Of a DNA stretch of 25,922 nt, positions 24,272-25,922 are shown one piece after another. A program made the position numbers and the translations under genes. Location: assembly GCA_946612575.1 (NCBI GenBank), contig CAMOEU010000001.1:1-25922 (forward strand). The letters run 5' to 3'. Positions within the stretch are counted from its first letter, which is position 1. Each line of letters starts with the position of its first letter. The stretch is from an uncultured Clostridia bacterium. Its GTDB lineage: Bacteria; Bacillota; Clostridia; Christensenellales; UBA1242. A model generated the notes under the pieces. That model ran no database searches. It was not told the DNA's origin and was given only the letters and a program-made list of their open reading frames with translations.

Positions 24272-25117
24272 ATGAAAAAGTTTGTTTATATTCTTTTTTT
24301 GTTTGCAATAATGTTGGGGCAATTCAGTTTTTACGAAAACTGTCAAGCAGATACAGGCAATGCTTTTGAAAAAAATGCAATAAGAATTGTCAAAAAAATT
24401 GATGAAAATGGAAAGGTAAAAATATCATATATTTTCCCTGTAAATAGTGAATTTTTTGAAAATAATTTTTCTGAAAACGAGATTTCAGTTTATAAATTTT
24501 ATCTTGCAAACTATGTTTTGGCTCTTGCAAAGACCTACAAAAAGAAAGAAATTGAAAATGTTTTTGTCTCAAATTGTGAATATTATGTTGATATAGATGG
24601 ATTTGGCTTTTCAATTTTGTTTGAAAATCAATCTGCTCAAAATGAATATTTTGGGCAAAATGAAAACGGTAAAAACAATGATGAAAAAGGCAAAAATTTG
24701 ATTACGGAAGGAGTTTTTGTCAAAAAATCTTATATAAAAACGACTTTTCCTGTTGTGGATGCAAAATCTGCAGGCGATTTGAAAACGGTTTGTGTGCTTT
24801 GTGTTTCTTCTTGGGCAAAAGAATGTGAAATTTCTGATCAACAAAAAGAGTTGGTTTTAAATTGTCTTTCAAAAACAAAGTTTATCTATGATTTTTCAGC
24901 AGTGGGGAATTATCTCAAATCTGATTGTATGTACACGGATGGAGTTTACACACACAATGTTTTCATAAAATCGCAAAATGAAATTGAAGAAGACAATGAA
25001 ATTTGCTTTTGGGTAAGTTATGTTGACAAGGGATTTTGTTATCTTTTTGTGACTATTTTGGTTGTTTTAGGGGTGTTTGTGGCGATTGTCGTGCTCAAAA
25101 TAAGAAAAAAATTATAA
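24272..25117 (+). CDS. Hypothetical exported protein with C-terminal membrane anchor
   Basis: 281 aa; N-terminal signal peptide (MKKFVYILFLFAIMLG...CQA) and C-terminal TM followed by KIRKKL. Confidence 0.75.
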   Translation: MKKFVYILFLFAIMLGQFSFYENCQADTGNAFEKNAIRIVKKIDENGKVKISYIFPVNSEFFENNFSENEISVYKFYLANYVLALAKTYKKKEIENVFVSNCEYYVDIDGFGFSILFENQSAQNEYFGQNENGKNNDEKGKNLITEGVFVKKSYIKTTFPVVDAKSAGDLKTVCVLCVSSWAKECEISDQQKELVLNCLSKTKFIYDFSAVGNYLKSDCMYTDGVYTHNVFIKSQNEIEEDNEICFWVSYVDKGFCYLFVTILVVLGVFVAIVVLKIRKKL

Positions 25118-25135
25118 AAATTTATGCTTCTTCTA

Positions 25136-25179
25136 TTGTGTTTTTTAGTTGATAAGTGTTATAATAAACAAGTTATAAT
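25136..25179 (+). promoter_or_regulatory. typA promoter region with two TATAAT boxes
   Basis: Extended -10 TGt-TATAAT (25160-25165) with TTGTGT 18 bp upstream; second TATAAT at 25174-25179 with TTGATA 19 bp upstream. Confidence 0.55.
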
Positions 25180-25199
25180 ATTTATTAAAGGAAAAAATT

Positions 25200-25922
25200 A
25201 TGGAAAACACAAAAATTAGAAACATTGCTATTATTGCCCATGTCGATCACGGCAAGACTTCTCTTGTAAACGAATTGCTCAAGCAAGGAAATGTTTTCAG
25301 AGACAATCAAGTTGTTGAAGACAGAGTTATGGATTCAAATGCAATTGAAAGAGAAAGAGGTATCACAATTTTGTCAAAAAATACTTCTTGCTTTTATAAT
25401 GATGTAAAAATCAATGTTGTTGACACACCAGGACATGCTGACTTCGGTGGAGAAGTTGAAAGAGTTTTGAAAATGGTTGATGGTGTTTTGCTTGTTGTTG
25501 ATGCTTTTGAAGGTCCAATGCCACAAACAAGATTTGTTTTGGAAAAAGCTTTGTCACTTGGACTTAAAGTCGTTGTTGTTATAAACAAGATTGACAGACC
25601 AGATGCCAGAATAAAAGAAGTTGTGGATGAAGTGCTTGAACTCTTCCTCGAACTTGATGCTGATGAAGAGCAACTCAACTCTCCATTTGTTTTTGCATCT
25701 GCAAGACAAGGAATTTCTTCAACAGACATGAATGTCGTTGGAACAGACATGAAGCCACTTTTCGAAACAATCATAAAACATATTCCTGCACCAAGTGGTG
25801 ACAGTGAAAAACCACTTAGAATGCTTATTTCTTCTGCCGAACACAACGAATATGTTGGAAAACTTGCTGTAGGAAAGATTGAAGAAGGAACAATCAAAGT
25901 TGGTCAAAATGTTGTTGTTTGC
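25200..25922 (+). CDS. typA: Translational GTPase TypA/BipA, 3'-truncated
   Basis: Not in the ORF track; translated by hand: MENTKIRNIAIIAHVDHGKTSLV...MDSNAIERERGITILSKNT...DTPGHADFGGEVERVLKMVDGVLLVVDAFEGPMPQTRFVL...NKID. G1-G4 motifs and the TypA-specific signature are present. Confidence 0.97.
   Translation, partial: MENTKIRNIAIIAHVDHGKTSLVNELLKQGNVFRDNQVVEDRVMDSNAIERERGITILSKNTSCFYNDVKINVVDTPGHADFGGEVERVLKMVDGVLLVVDAFEGPMPQTRFVLEKALSLGLKVVVVINKIDRPDARIKEVVDEVLELFLELDADEEQLNSPFVFASARQGISSTDMNVVGTDMKPLFETIIKHIPAPSGDSEKPLRMLISSAEHNEYVGKLAVGKIEEGTIKVGQNVVVC

Noticed and set aside
248-25907. Numerous short antisense or alternative-frame ORFs in the track (e.g. 2814-3455, 11468-11899, 25394-25897)
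   Set aside because: They are shadows of well-supported genes, lack RBSs and show the Phe/Leu/Ser/Ile-rich composition expected from the reverse strand of A-rich coding DNA.
1-25922. CRISPR arrays, IS elements, prophage genes, rRNA
   Set aside because: No regularly spaced repeats, transposase/integrase motifs, phage structural genes or rRNA sequence observed.

Overview
AT-rich chromosomal segment from a low-GC, spore-forming Bacillota (Clostridia-like) bacterium; yabP-yabQ, typA, an RluA-family gene and tRNA-Ala anchor it as bacterial. The main result is a tightly coupled 7-gene operon (2167-10035) that looks like an archaeal/eukaryotic-style ESCRT-III/Vps4 membrane-remodelling system in a bacterium. 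Its genes are: an SPFH/band-7 protein with a double zinc ribbon; a small membrane-anchored helical protein; a stand-alone TPR-like module; two different Snf7/CHMP-like coiled-coil proteins; a MIT-AAA+ ATPase (Vps4/CdvC architecture); and a 1277-aa three-TM receptor-like protein (Zn ribbon-TPR-TIR-like lacking the catalytic Glu-TPR / 3TM / extracellular GLUG-type domain). The rest of the window holds a partial LPG-synthase-like flippase-domain gene, a PH-domain gene, a small Cys-rich protein, cvpA, yabP/yabQ plus a minimal divIC-position ORF, a probably leaderless RluA-family gene, a ligand-degenerate ferritin/CotJC-like gene, a 3701-aa giant lipoprotein with FN3-like repeats, a type I membrane protein and the 5' part of typA. 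No CRISPR array, integrase, transposase or rRNA was seen. All family calls come from motif recognition by eye and need HMM or structure confirmation.
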